From: Lama guanicoe | Taxonomy: Eukaryota | NCBI GenBank assembly: GCA_013239625.1 | Contig: MU057344.1 | Span: 1,924,276 to 1,988,275, forward strand | DNA length: 64,000 nt | Reading direction: 5' to 3' | Shown here: positions 35,617 to 47,225 of the stretch, one piece after another | Position numbering within the stretch: the first letter of the stretch is position 1 | Layout of the letters: each line of letters opens with the position of its first letter | The notes under the pieces: model-generated | Database searches by the model: none | Seen by the model: only the letters and a program-made list of their open reading frames with translations | Told to the model about the DNA's origin: nothing | Translations under genes and position numbers: made by a program

Positions 35617-38600
35617 NGCCCCTCCCTCCTCCGTTCCTGGTGCCGGCCTGCTTTTGTTTTTTTTCTTTGTTTTCAGCCCGTTTTGAAGCCCCGAGCCCCT
35701 GTGTGCTCCCTGCCCTCGGTCCCTGCTCCGTGGTTGGTTGGTTGGCTTGCTGTCATCTCCTGCGAGTTAAGCTCCCGAGGGCACGGGTTGTTTCTTAGTT
35801 CCTGTGTCCCAGCACATGGGAGGGAGCCCCGATGGACATGTGTCGAAGGGCTGAGCTGCCCTCCCCAGCCAGGGAGCTGGTCCCGGGCTCAGAGCTGGAG
35901 TGGGGGTCTGGGGCGGGCCTGCGGGCCTCGCTGAGTTAACTTAGTGCAGGTGCTTCTTCAGCTCTGGGGCCCTGGGGCCCTCCCCTCCATCTGGACTGCG
36001 CTCCCCGCAAGGCTCTGAGCAGCTCTCTTCCCTCTTTGGCCTTCCCACCACACCCTCCCTGCCCCTTCACTGCTCTGGTCACAAGTGATTCTCCCCCACT
36101 GGGGAGGGGGCCACCCTGTTGACGGCCCCTCGGTGCCTCAGCGCCCTGCAGGAGGTCTGTGCAGACAGGGCCTGCGTAGCACCTGCAGGATGGACGGACA
36201 GATGGACAGAGGGATGGATGGATAGGGATGTCCTGGTGACAGGGTGGCCAGGCTCTGGGGCTGCAGGCAGCGGTGCTCAGGGAAGTGGCGGCCAGCACCT
36301 CCACTGCACCTGAGGAGCCCTGCCCTGTCCATGGTCGTGGTCAGTCCCAGAGCACCCCACCTTCCTTCCGGGCTCTCAGCGCCCTGGGAGGTGGGGTCCG
36401 GACTGGGCTCGTTTCCCATCCCTGGGTCACCTGCCTGTTCTCGGGCAGCTCTGCAGAGCCTGGGAGGGCGCAGCCCCGAGACCCCTGCGGGGCCCTGTGG
36501 ATGCTCTCGGGTCCAGGCCTCGCCCTCCCTGTCTCAGCAATGCGATCTGCAGGTGGAGGTTGGCGGCAGGGCTGCTCCGGCCTCGGGTCCTGCAGACACA
36601 TGCCTCCTGCGGCAGCCAGGGCGGCTCGGGGCACGTTGCTCCGGTGCGAGGTGTGGAAAGTTCCACGTGGCCCTGGCGGGGATTGGGCAAGGTCCCGGTG
36701 AGAGGAGAGACTGTATGTGCATACTTTCAGGAGGAGAGGGAGACTTCCCCCCTAAGCACAAGTCGAATCTTGTTGGCATTTCCATCCGTTTAATCACAGG
36801 CTCCTGGAGATACTGTGGGAAACACCAGCGGGATGGAGGTCTTGCTCCGTGTGGGATGGGTTATCTCCAAGCCGGAGCCCAGACGGCATGTCAGGCACTT
36901 ACCTCTGGGTGAGGTTGTGCCCAAGCCCAGACATGCCTGCGAGGAAAGATCAGGGAGTTTGAAGTTTCATACTCTGTTTTTTCAAAGTCTGGTGTCGGTA
37001 TTCCCCGGGGAGCACAGGGGCACTGGGGGTCAGGCCGACAGCGCACCAGAGGACGGGCGTGCCTGGCTGACCCTCCCTGGGCAGAGCCCTCGGAGATCAG
37101 AACCCAGGGACTCAAACCCGGGGTGACAGGCACACGTCTGTCCGCTGTGAACTCCTCCCGGTGTGGGCAGCAGAGTGAGTGGGAACATGCAGCGCAGAGG
37201 CCGGGGTAGGCGGTGCTGGGTTCCAGGAGTGGGAGAGGTGGGCTGGGGGCCTCACTGCAGGAGACAGCATCTGAGCAGGACAGGCGTGGGGAGGGGCCTC
37301 TGAGTGGAGGGCCCAGCGGAGCGTGGGGAGTGTGTGGTGGGGCTCCACCTGGTGACCCCTGCACACAGCCTCCTCCGATTTGGATCCACACTCTAGTCCC
37401 ATGAGGAAACCACAGCGGACACTGTTTTCCGCAGAGCGGTCACCGCCCTGGATCACACAGCCAGGCCATGGTGAAGGGGGAGCTGAGACCCTAGTCTCGG
37501 GTTCCCCGCGGGCTCCCACCGTGAGCTCGCCCACCCGGGAAAGGAGGGCTCTGTGGCCCTGCCTTGGGCTTGGCTGCAGGCCAGGCTGCTGGAGGAGGCC
37601 TGGGGCAGAATCTGGCTGAAGGAGTGAGGAAGGGGCTGGGGGAGGAGAGGCAGCCCCTTGTGAGCTGGTGGGCATGCGTAGCATGTCAAAGGTTGCAGGG
37701 GTGGGGAGAACAGGGCTGGGGGAGGCCTGGGGCTGACCTTGGAGGGCATCTGCAGAGCCCGTCCCTGTCCCCGCGGGACCCTGAGGGCGCCTGGGCAGAC
37801 TTCGGTGCTAGACCCAGCGAGGCTGGAGAGGGGGAGGGGGAGGGGAGAGGGAGGAAGCAAGCGGGGCAGGGAAATGGGGAGGGAGGGAGGACTGGGGAAC
37901 TCCCACCGCCTCCCACAAGTGGGAGGGTCGCGGGCGGACTGTGCTTGCAGCCACGTTTGGGCTTCTTGGGTGTTTTTGAAAACATCCTCACTTCCCGCCG
38001 TCAGGAGCCTTGGGGAGAGGATGGAAGACACAGAAAATGCCAGTTCAGAGGCGAGACGTCCTTTCTGGGTTCTTGAGGGTCCCCTGCGTGACCCTCCTGA
38101 GCTCAGCTGAGACCACAAAGGGAGAAGAGCCTGGGGCAGGGGATCCCCGCCCAGCTGCCTCCAGTGTGCTGTCTCTGCGCAGGGCGCCATGTGCCCCGCA
38201 CGCTTCAGCTCTGGGAAGCGCGGGGGTCGAGTGCTGAGATGCTGGGCACGCGGCGAAGCCTTCGCTGTGTGCTTTGGAGGCTTAGGGCCAGAGAAAAAGG
38301 GACACCCCCTCCCCTCAGTTAAAAAAGGACAACTCCTCCAAAAATAGAGAAAAAAGACAAACCGGAGCCTTTGTTCCTTCCAGTCCGGTGGGCCCTTAAA
38401 TGCTGCTGTTCCCAGGACCTCCTTTTTCAAAAACGCACCCGCCTGCTCCTGGAAGGGGCAGGGCACAGGCACAGCCCAGGAGGGGCCTCGCAGGGACGCT
38501 CCTGGTTTCCCTAGAGTCCGGCAATGCAGACCCAACCCAGTCCCCCCAGGCAGACGAGGTGCCCCTGGGCCCAGCTGACACAGGGTGTCCTGCCATTTGG

Positions 38601-41600
38601 CCACTGTCATCAGATCTCTGGGCCTCCTCTTGAGAACAGAGTGGGCAATGGACAAGCCATGCGGCCAGGCCACTGGGATGGGCCAGTGGGATTGGGCTGC
38701 CCCGGGGTGGGAGACAGGAGCAGGTCTCCTGTCCTACGGGGTGGGACTTCATCCCTGCCTGTCTGGAAGGGAACTGTCCCCCTCCAGCCTCCCCTCTGCC
38801 AGAAACAGGGGCATCTTAAAGAGCCAAAGCTGTGTCAGGTCCTCTCCCGCACTCCCCCGCCAGCCAGCCTGGTGGGGACAGGAGCTCCCGGTCAGCAAGC
38901 CCTCTGTGACACTTCTCTCTCCCAGATTTGCCTCACACAGTGGCTGTCCTCAAGGCTCTGATAAGGTCTGCACTCATGCCTTCCGGGGCACATGCTTTGG
39001 GCACCGTGGGCTGGCCTGCTGGACAGCTGCCTGTGTGAGCTGCAGGTCCTAGACACGCAGCGGGTTCTTAACCTAGAAGCAGGAACTCAAATAGGGGGAA
39101 GGCTCCTGGACGCCACGCGCTGCTCTAGTGGAGAGAGGTTGGCTCAGCAGGAGCCTCCCGTCTCAGCACTTCTGCACCGCGAAGGAGTTTCCTTGTCTTG
39201 ACCCAGCGGAGGCGTCCCTGCTCCCTGGGCGGTGGGGAGCCTATCATCGCGTGTCTTGTCCTGGGTCCCTGTTTACGCCGGTTGCCAGCTCCTGCCACCA
39301 CCACCCGACAGGCTCCCTTGTGCTCTCTGAGTTGTCTGGTCATTCCTGTCCTTGCTGAGTCCCTTCAGACCCATTCTGGGTGTGGAGGGAAGGGTGCGCT
39401 GTGACCCAGTGGATTGTTCTCTGCTGAACTGAAGTGGCTCTGGGAGGGAGGAGGGGAATGTGGGTCCCAGCTGCCAGAAAAGGTCCAAGCTCCCAGAGAC
39501 TGGCCCTCAGGGCCTCGGGAAGGTGCCCTGTGTGACCGTCTTCTCCCAACCAGACCCTGAAGGAACAGTAAAAACCTTAAAAGCATGAAACCTCCATTTC
39601 TGGCAGAAATGTGGAAGAATGCAGGATGTGCGAGCTGGCCTTCCTGTGGCTTGTAAAAGACAGAATCGGAAGTGGTGTGTTTCCACGACGGCCATCCATG
39701 TGTAGCTCCCAGGACCGTGGCCACAGGACCTATGCCCACCTGGGGCAGGTAGGGGGAGAGGGAGCCAGTAGGAACAACGGCAGACACTTCTCCGCGCGCT
39801 GTGTGCTGGGCACCATTCTCAGGTTTCAGGGTGTTAACTCCTGGGCCCTCACAGAAGCTCTTGGTAAACGGTGGGCACAGATGCAAACCCACAAGGGTGT
39901 GAGTCATTGAGTCCTTACTCTACCTGGAGAAGCCGGACAGCTGGAGAGAGCCTGGGAGGCTTCAGGGAGGAGGTGAGCCTTGAGAGGCCATACAGTTAGA
40001 GGAGATGCATGGCGCTGGGGGTGGGAGGCACAGCATGAGCAAAGGCCCCATGGTACCGACCTGCAGGGTCTGAAGGAGGCTGGAAACTGGGGCTCCCTGG
40101 GAGCTGTCATCACTGCCCAAAGGAGCGGCAGTCCGGTCTTTTGAATCTTTGTGTCCCTGTGGCTGGGACAAACAGACGCTTCCTGAATCCATGTTTGAGC
40201 CCAGGGCTCTCCAGCTGCCCCTGCTCAGCATGGTGTCCCCTCGACCGACCGCTGAGGCAGCCTGAAACCGTGAGCCTTTGGGAACGTAACCAGAATGGTT
40301 TTAAGTTTTACTGGCAAGATTTTCTGTTATCACGTTCACTTAAAAAAAAAACTTCCACTGGTTGTGGTACCCAAATGTAAATCTGTGCTGTGTCCCCCGA
40401 CTGCCGTGCCTGTGGTCGCAGTCTGCCTGTGCTTCCGGTGTCTGACGTTCGCGGCCTGGAGCCTTGCTAACGGTGGTGGCGGACGCGAAGAGGCGTGAGA
40501 TTAGGAGGGAGTCGGACACAGACTTTGTAAGTTTATTTTCCATGTACGTCCCCCAAAATCATTCGAGATGGTTCACAAATTCTAAATAAATACACAAAAT
40601 GGGATACTTATAAAATCCCAAAACCCAGCTCGCAAGGAAAAGACCAACCCCGTGGAGCCGGGAGAGCCCAGCTCGTGCAGTTCCGCCGGCTGGTTAGGAC
40701 GGCAATCGGTAGGTGGGGGGCAGGGTAGGACGTGGGGGGACACCCCCGTGGGGAGCACCCTGGAGGGAGGTGGCCTGGCCCCCGGGGCGCTGGCAGGGAC
40801 ACTGGTCAGTGCAACGTGGCCATTCTCACCGGGGTCTTCTGGAGGCGTTGCCGTGGGCTGGAGCTGCCTTGGGCCTCAAAGTGCGCCCAGAGCAGTAGGC
40901 CTGTGTGACTTGTGGGGTCTTCTTGTGAGTTCCAGGGTCTGATTCATTTAACCCAGAGTTTCTGAGCATCCAATCTGGTGCTAACCTGTGCCCAGGAAGG
41001 CCCCCAGCAGATGGGGGCGGGGGCTGGGGACTTGATGCGGCTAGGACAGGAAGGGGAGGGGAGGAGGGAGCTGGAACCAGACCCTACCCCAGGGCAGCCC
41101 CCTTCGGACCTCTCCCCACTGCTCCTCGGGGAGCGTCTTCCTTTTCCTAGGACTCCAGAATCCGGCAGAGGCCAGCTCCCTTCCGGAGCAGGGCGAGATG
41201 TCCATCCAGGGGGCGGGGCCCCCTCACCCCCAACCCCTACCCGGCCTCCTTTCTCCACGGACATGTGGCCACAGCCCGAGGTGTAAGCCACTTGCCTGCG
41301 TGTGTTCTGGGCCCTGTGTGCGAGCACATGCCCGGACGTGGCTGTCAGGGTGTGCCCTCGCCCGACGCCGAGCAAAGATAGGCCACCCGGGCCTCCTGCC
41401 CAAGAAACGCTGACCCCGGGAGCAAGCCCGCTGCCCTACAGAGGCTGGGACGCAGACCCGGTTCGCTGTGCAGACCATCCGCACCTGCACCCGGAGGGCA
41501 GCTCTGACCCCTCTGCCCTGCCCGGCATCCTTCTCCAAGTTGACAGAGCGCATCAGAATGCATGTGTGTGCAGCAGATGGATGGGGCTGTCTTGGAGGGG

Positions 41601-43078
41601 CTGCCGGGTCCTGGTGGGAGAGGCTCCCAGGGCTTCACTGGGCTTTGCAGGACGCTCTGAGGACCTGAGAGCGATGTGCTCGCCTGACGCCTCCCCGAGC
41701 TCCCACCCACACCCCAAGGCATCGGGGCCTCCGAGGCAGGCCCCGCGCTTCCGCGGAGGCTGGAGGGGAGGCCACCCGCTGGCGCCCGCCGCCTGCCCGC
41801 CTGCCCGCTCGCTCATGGCCCTCCTTGGGTCGGGCCCAGGAGCCCTGCACGCACATGTAGGCACATGAGGGCCGCCGCGGGCCGGGCGTGTCCCGATCAG
41901 CCCGCTCTCCTGGGAGTTCTTATTGAAAGCAAAACAAACCAAAAATGTCCTGGTTTTGCCCGAGTTCTTCCCTGCTGCCGAAGGGGCCTCTGGTTCTGGA
42001 GAACCCCCCACCCCCGCTGGCTTTGATGTGGCCAAGTTGGACCTCGGGCTTGCGTCTGGCTTCCCCTCGGTCCGGGCTCCCTGGCTGTTAGCGCCTGGGT
42101 CTGAGGCGGGCGGGCCCCCAGCACAGCCCTCCCGCCCACTGAGCTGGGAGGAAGCGCAGTCTCCCGCGGGCAGGGAAGAAAGGGCCTTTTGGGGCGAGGA
42201 TGCAGCGCTTCCTAATCGGCGGGCTTCCAGCTGTGCTCAGAGCTGCCGCTGCCACTGCGGCAGGGACACCCGCGGGACAGCCATCTCCGCCTCTCTCGGG
42301 GTGTGGGGGGCATCCGGGGGAGCAGGACAGGAGAAGGAGCAGCCCCGACGGGCCACCCGGACAGCATCCTCCCCAGCGAGCTGGGCCCAGCCCAGGGCCA
42401 CTGTCCTCAGGCTCCTGGGGAGGGGAGGAGGGGGCTCCCCAGGACCCCGGACCTCAGGCGGCCACTGAGTCCGACACCTCGGAGGGCTGGCGTGAGAGGA
42501 TGCGGGACCTCGCTGGCCGCCAGGGCCCACAGGGCTGCGGCTTCAGCACCTGCAGTTCGTGCACGGCTCCCCGGGAAGCCCCTGGGCTCCCTCCCGCCTT
42601 GTGGCTGCTGGGTGTGGAGATCCTATCAGCCCCGCTCCTTGTGGTTCAGTGACTAATTCCCCGGCACTCGCCTCAGATCAGTAAAGAATGTGGACAAGTT
42701 GAAATCTGAACACCGCTGTCGTCGGACTGCCTCCTACTTCTGAGCAGGGAGGCAGGGGCTGTTTGCCCCGCTGGCCTGGCCGTCCTCCTGTGGGGGATGG
42801 AGGTGGGGGACAGACCTGAAATCCTGGCTGAGCTGTCCTCGCTCAGCTCATGTCTGAGGCCAGACAGGTAGGCTCCCAGCAGTCCTCGGGCCGCCCTGGT
42901 CTGGCAGCCAACAGGGAAGACCCACCTCCAGAGGGGTTACATGGAAGAGAGGAAATCTCTGCGGTGGGGGTATTGCAGGCTTCATCCCCTACCCCCAGGA
43001 CCCACCAGTCTCTCGGCCTCCTGTCAAGAAGGGGGTGGGCTCACATCCTGTCCTCAGTCCTGGGCATCCATATGGAGG

Positions 43079-43257
43079 NNNNNNNNNNNNNNNNNNNNNN
43101 NNNNNNNNNNNNNNNNNNNNNNNNNNNNNNNNNNNNNNNNNNNNNNNNNNNNNNNNNNNNNNNNNNNNNNNNNNNNNNNNNNNNNNNNNNNNNNNNNNNN
43201 NNNNNNNNNNNNNNNNNNNNNNNNNNNNNNNNNNNNNNNNNNNNNNNNNNNNNNNNN
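43079..43257. other. Assembly gap (179 N) next to a (CCAT)n microsatellite
   Basis: N run followed by cccatccacccatcc... (43261-43310). Confidence 0.99.
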
Positions 43258-43285
43258 CTTCCCATCCACCCATCCACCCATCTAC

Positions 43286-43865
43286 CCATCCACCCATCTA
43301 TCCATCCATCCTTTTGATTGACACTAAGTCCTTGGAATCGGCACCCACAGCACAGCTCAGTTCACCTGGGCCACAATTCCTGTGCCTGCGTGGGGATGCA
43401 TGGATGACCCATAGGACAAGTTCCATCCTTGTAGGGTCTGAAGTCCAGTTGGGGAGACATAAGAAGGGGGACACAGAAGCAGGGCACTCCCAGAGCAGAG
43501 AGCTGACACTCACTGGGGGTGTGAGAGCACTTGGGGTCCCCAGCCCAGGCCTCCAGGAGCAGTCGGCTGTCCCTCCCCACCCCAGCCCACCCCACCCGCA
43601 TCAACAGCCCTGGGCCAGGAGAGAGGACCGGGTCCCTGGGTCCCTCAGTTGTTTTCTTTTAAATGGCTTTATTGAGTTATAATTTGCATGTCACACAACT
43701 CACCTCCTTAAAGACCCTACAAGGATGGAACTTGTCCTATGGGTCATCCATGCATCCCCACGCAGGCACAGGAATTGTGGCCCAGGTGAACTGAGCTGTT
43801 CTGTGGGTGTCGATTCCAAGGACTTAGTGTCAATCAAAAGGATGGATGGATGGATGGTTGGATGG
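43286..43865. repeat. Long inverted repeat: arms 43286-43439 and 43712-43865, 272-bp spacer
   Basis: Arm 2 is the reverse complement of arm 1, with 2 mismatches in the unique part and ~2 in the microsatellite end. Confidence 0.95.
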
Positions 43866-44215
43866 ACAATTTGGTGTTTTTTATGTGTATTCACAGATAT
43901 GCGTACCTGTCACCATGGTCCACTTTAGAACATTTTCACGACCTCAGAAGGGAATCCTACCCCCTTAGCTAGCACCCTGCAGCCCCGCCCAGCCCTGGCT
44001 GCCACCGTCCACGCCTGTCCCTGTGGGTTTGCCTTCCCGGGACTTTCACGCTGAGGGAGCCGTGCAGTGTGTGAGCTGCGTGGCGGAGCCGTCGGTGACG
44101 TGTCTCCGCGTTCCCTCCGGGCTGTAGCAGCAGACGTTCTTTTCTTTCTAAGCGCGGAGGGGTGATAGTCCAGCGCACGGACTCTGCAGTTTGCTGACCT
44201 GCCTACCTACGAGGT
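43651..44215 (-). mobile_element. L1M 3' end fragment interrupted by the inverted insertion
   Basis: ggctttattgagttataatttgcatgtcacacaactcacctccttaaag [insert] tggacaattt...tattcacagatatgcg...ttagaacattttcac. Confidence 0.75.
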
Positions 44216-44984
44216 GGGAGTGGGCCGGCCCCCTGATTCTGTAGGTGGAGGCACAGGGGTTAGGAGGGAGGGGTGGGGGCGCCAGGTTCACAGGGTGGGG
44301 GGAATGACCCTGGAGATGCCAATAGAAAAGCAAGAGGCCTGTTCCGGAGATCTGTCCGATGGCAGTTTCCGCCAGCGCCTTGAGCCAGTGCCCGGCAGCC
44401 TCCCCCAGGCTGGCTGTCCCTGAGGGGGAGGGCACGGGTCTGCTGGGCTGATCCGCGCTGGGCGGCAGTTGGCTGGATCATCCAAGGAAAGCACCTGCCT
44501 GGCCTCTGAGAGGCACTGCGTGGAGGGGGGCGGGCAGTGGCTCAGATAAGAACAAGTTGCCTGTCACCTGTCACCTGAGCTGCACGCCCTCTCCCCGGGC
44601 TGGGCAGACCTCAGGAGGGGCTCTCCCTCTGCAGGCCGGGAGGGGGCTTGGGGCTCGGAGATGTGGACACTCTGAGGGGTGGGTTATGAGCTAGAGGGGC
44701 CGCCCAGCCCTCCTGATGGAAGAAAGACTGGGATGCGGAGAGGGGGCTGAGCACGGGGTGGCCCCCAGGATGTGTGCGGGGTGCTCTTCCAAGGAACGTG
44801 GAGGAAGGGACAGAGGGCAGGGCGCAAGGGCCCCGCTGTCGGGTCTGCCTCCACCCCCCTACCCTGCTATGGGAACTTCAGGCCCCCTGCCTGCAGATGG
44901 AGGCCTCTCAGCTCACCGCCCCCGGGGTTCTCAGGCTGGTCTCCTGTGTCTTCTGTTGGGGCCACAGCATCAGCTCAGGCAGGT

Positions 44985-45060
44985 CCTGCCTGCTCCATGC
45001 CTCAGTCTCCTCATCTGCAAACCGGGGACAGTAGCGCCCACTTCAGGTCATGATGATGAA
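44985..45060 (+). mobile_element. MIR core fragment
   Basis: gcctcagtctcctcatctgcaaaccggggacagtag. Confidence 0.55.
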
Positions 45061-46159
45061 TTAATTGCTGCTCGGAGCCCCGCTGGCTCAGAGGAGCTAT
45101 TTAAGCGTTTGTGGTTAGAGCAGGTATGGCCCCTGTCAGCTACTGTGTTACCCTCCTGCTTTGAGCCTCCAGTTTGGGAAGGGGGTCTTCGCTGCCAGCC
45201 TTCCTGTGGGGTCTGATCTGTGCTGGGTTCCAGACAGTGGAGTGTGGACCGGCGCCCCCTCTCTCCCTGACGGGGGCCTCCCTTAAGCTCCTGGCAGCGG
45301 CTGATGCGTCCCACTCAGGATCCCACAGAGGGTGACCCGGGGGACACGCCCACACCGCGAGGCTAGGAGTTCCTCTTCCTTCTGTGTGTGGCCCGGGGGA
45401 GGGGGCTGGGCTGCCAGTGCCCCGGGATGGGCAGAGGGCGTGGACCAGGCAGAAGCTGCAGGCAGGGGAGCAGGGGAGCAGTGGAGACTGTGGGGGTCGA
45501 GGTCCTTCAGGTGTGGGATGGACGGGGCAGCCCCACATACAGAGGGCATTTGAAAGGGGCTATTGGCTCAGCCAGTGTCCTTCAGACCCCAACCCTGCCC
45601 GGCCACCTGCACAGCTGGACCTCAGGCCACATCTGTTCCCCCGGGGGCCTCTCAGGCATTTCCTGCCTCAGAGCCTGGGGTGTGCCCTCCTGCATGCAGG
45701 GGCCGCCCTCTGCCCTGGCCCTGTCTCCCCCACTGCCCGGCTCCCAGGCGCGGGGTCTCCCCACTTTGAGCTGCAGCTGTGGGGAGAGGGGGTGCGGTGG
45801 GCAGAGGTGAGGATGTCTGGTGTAGGCGCTGCCCCTGGAGAGAGCAGCCCAGCTGGGAAGGTGTCCGGGGCTGGGAGCCACCCCAACAGGCATCTCCCCC
45901 ACTAGGTGTGCTTTGTGGAGCCCCTGACACCCGGGCACCCGGGAGGGTGATGGAGAGAGCAGGGAGGGGTGAATATGTCAGTTTATCCCAACACAAGTAG
46001 TGACCTGTCGGGTGGGAGGGGGCCGAGGAAATATTTGGGATGACTGAGCCGCTGGCCCTTTAAGGCTCCTGTAACAGGACACCTCCCGGACTGGGACTCC
46101 AGCTTCCACTCTCCAGCCTGACTGTGTGTCTCCCCCTTCCCTCCTCCCCTTCCCGCTAG

Positions 46160-46402
46160 TCCCAGTTCAATTTGCTGAGCAGCACCATGGACCAGATGAG
46201 CAGCCGCGCGGCCCCGGCCAGCCCCTACACCCCGGAGCACGCCGCCAGCGTGCCCACCCACTCACCCTACGCGCAGCCCAGCTCCACCTTCGACACCATG
46301 TCGCCGGCGCCCATCATCCCCTCCAATGCCGACTACCCTGGCCCCCACCACTTCGAGGTGACCTTCCAGCAGTCCAGCACGGCCAAGTCGGCCACCTGGA
46401 CG
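46160..46402 (+). CDS. TP73: TP73 exon 4 (proline-rich region, start of DNA-binding domain)
   Basis: 243 nt, ctag|TCC...ACG|gtgagt. Encodes [81 protein letters not shown]. Confidence 0.97.
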
Positions 46403-47044
46403 GTGAGTGGTGCCCCTGCTCCGGCCGTCATCTGTGGGGCGTAGGGTGGGGAGGGGTGGCCATGTCCTGGGCACCAAGGGAGGGCCGAGCATGCCTGTGT
46501 TCTGTCCGTTCAGGGTTCCCGCCTGGCCTGGAGGAGCATCGGGCAGGAGGCGGGTCTCCGGGCTGGGCAGTCTGGGTGTGCCCACCCCTCAGACGCTTGG
46601 CCAGAGGGGGCCAGTCTCCCGCAGGGCCCCAGAGGGGATGGACGTGGTCCCCCCTGCCCCTGGCGAGTTCCGTGGGGCAGAGGCAGACCAGTCTCAAGAC
46701 TGCCCGGCCAGCAGGTTGGGGCGCTGCTTTGAATCCCATCCTGTGTGGGCAGGAGTCTGCCGGCCCTGACACCTGGCGTCCTCTAAGGCCGGTGCTGGGG
46801 TCCAGGGAGGTCACCTACTCCAGGCAGTGCCGGGCTGGCGCTGAGCATCTGTCGTACGCGGGTTTGGTGTCCAGGTTGTCATCTCCAAGCACGGATGTGA
46901 GACGGGCACTCAGGGATGTACCCCGGGTCCTGCCTGTCTGCGCTTGGGAACGTTCTGGCTGCCGCTCGAGATTTTGATAACATCCCACAGCCCCACGGCT
47001 GCTCCCCGAGAGCTGTGAATTGCGCTAGGCTCTTTGAGTTTATG

Positions 47045-47225
47045 TTAACTCTTGAAACTGCCAGCAACCCATCAGGTAGAATCTATTATTGTCCCATTTT
47101 ACCATCCAGGAGACCGAATCACAGGGAGGAAAAGTAGCTTGCTTGGAGTCCCGCAGGTAGTAAGTAGGGGTGCTGGCATGGGGACCCTGTGGCTGGGCTC
47201 CAAGCCGCTGAACTGCACTATCCAT
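47045..47225 (-). mobile_element. MIR SINE
   Basis: cagcaacccatcaggtag...attattgtcccattttac...aggagaccgaatcacagggagg...gcttgc. Confidence 0.6.

Noticed and set aside
37670-37689. GGGCATGCGT-AGCATGTCA as a p53 response element
   Set aside because: The CATG cores are 9 bp apart rather than the 10 bp of a canonical full site.
37453-38673. 406-aa minus-strand ORF in intron 3
   Set aside because: No recognisable family, codon pattern or retrogene hallmarks; consistent with chance in GC-rich sequence.
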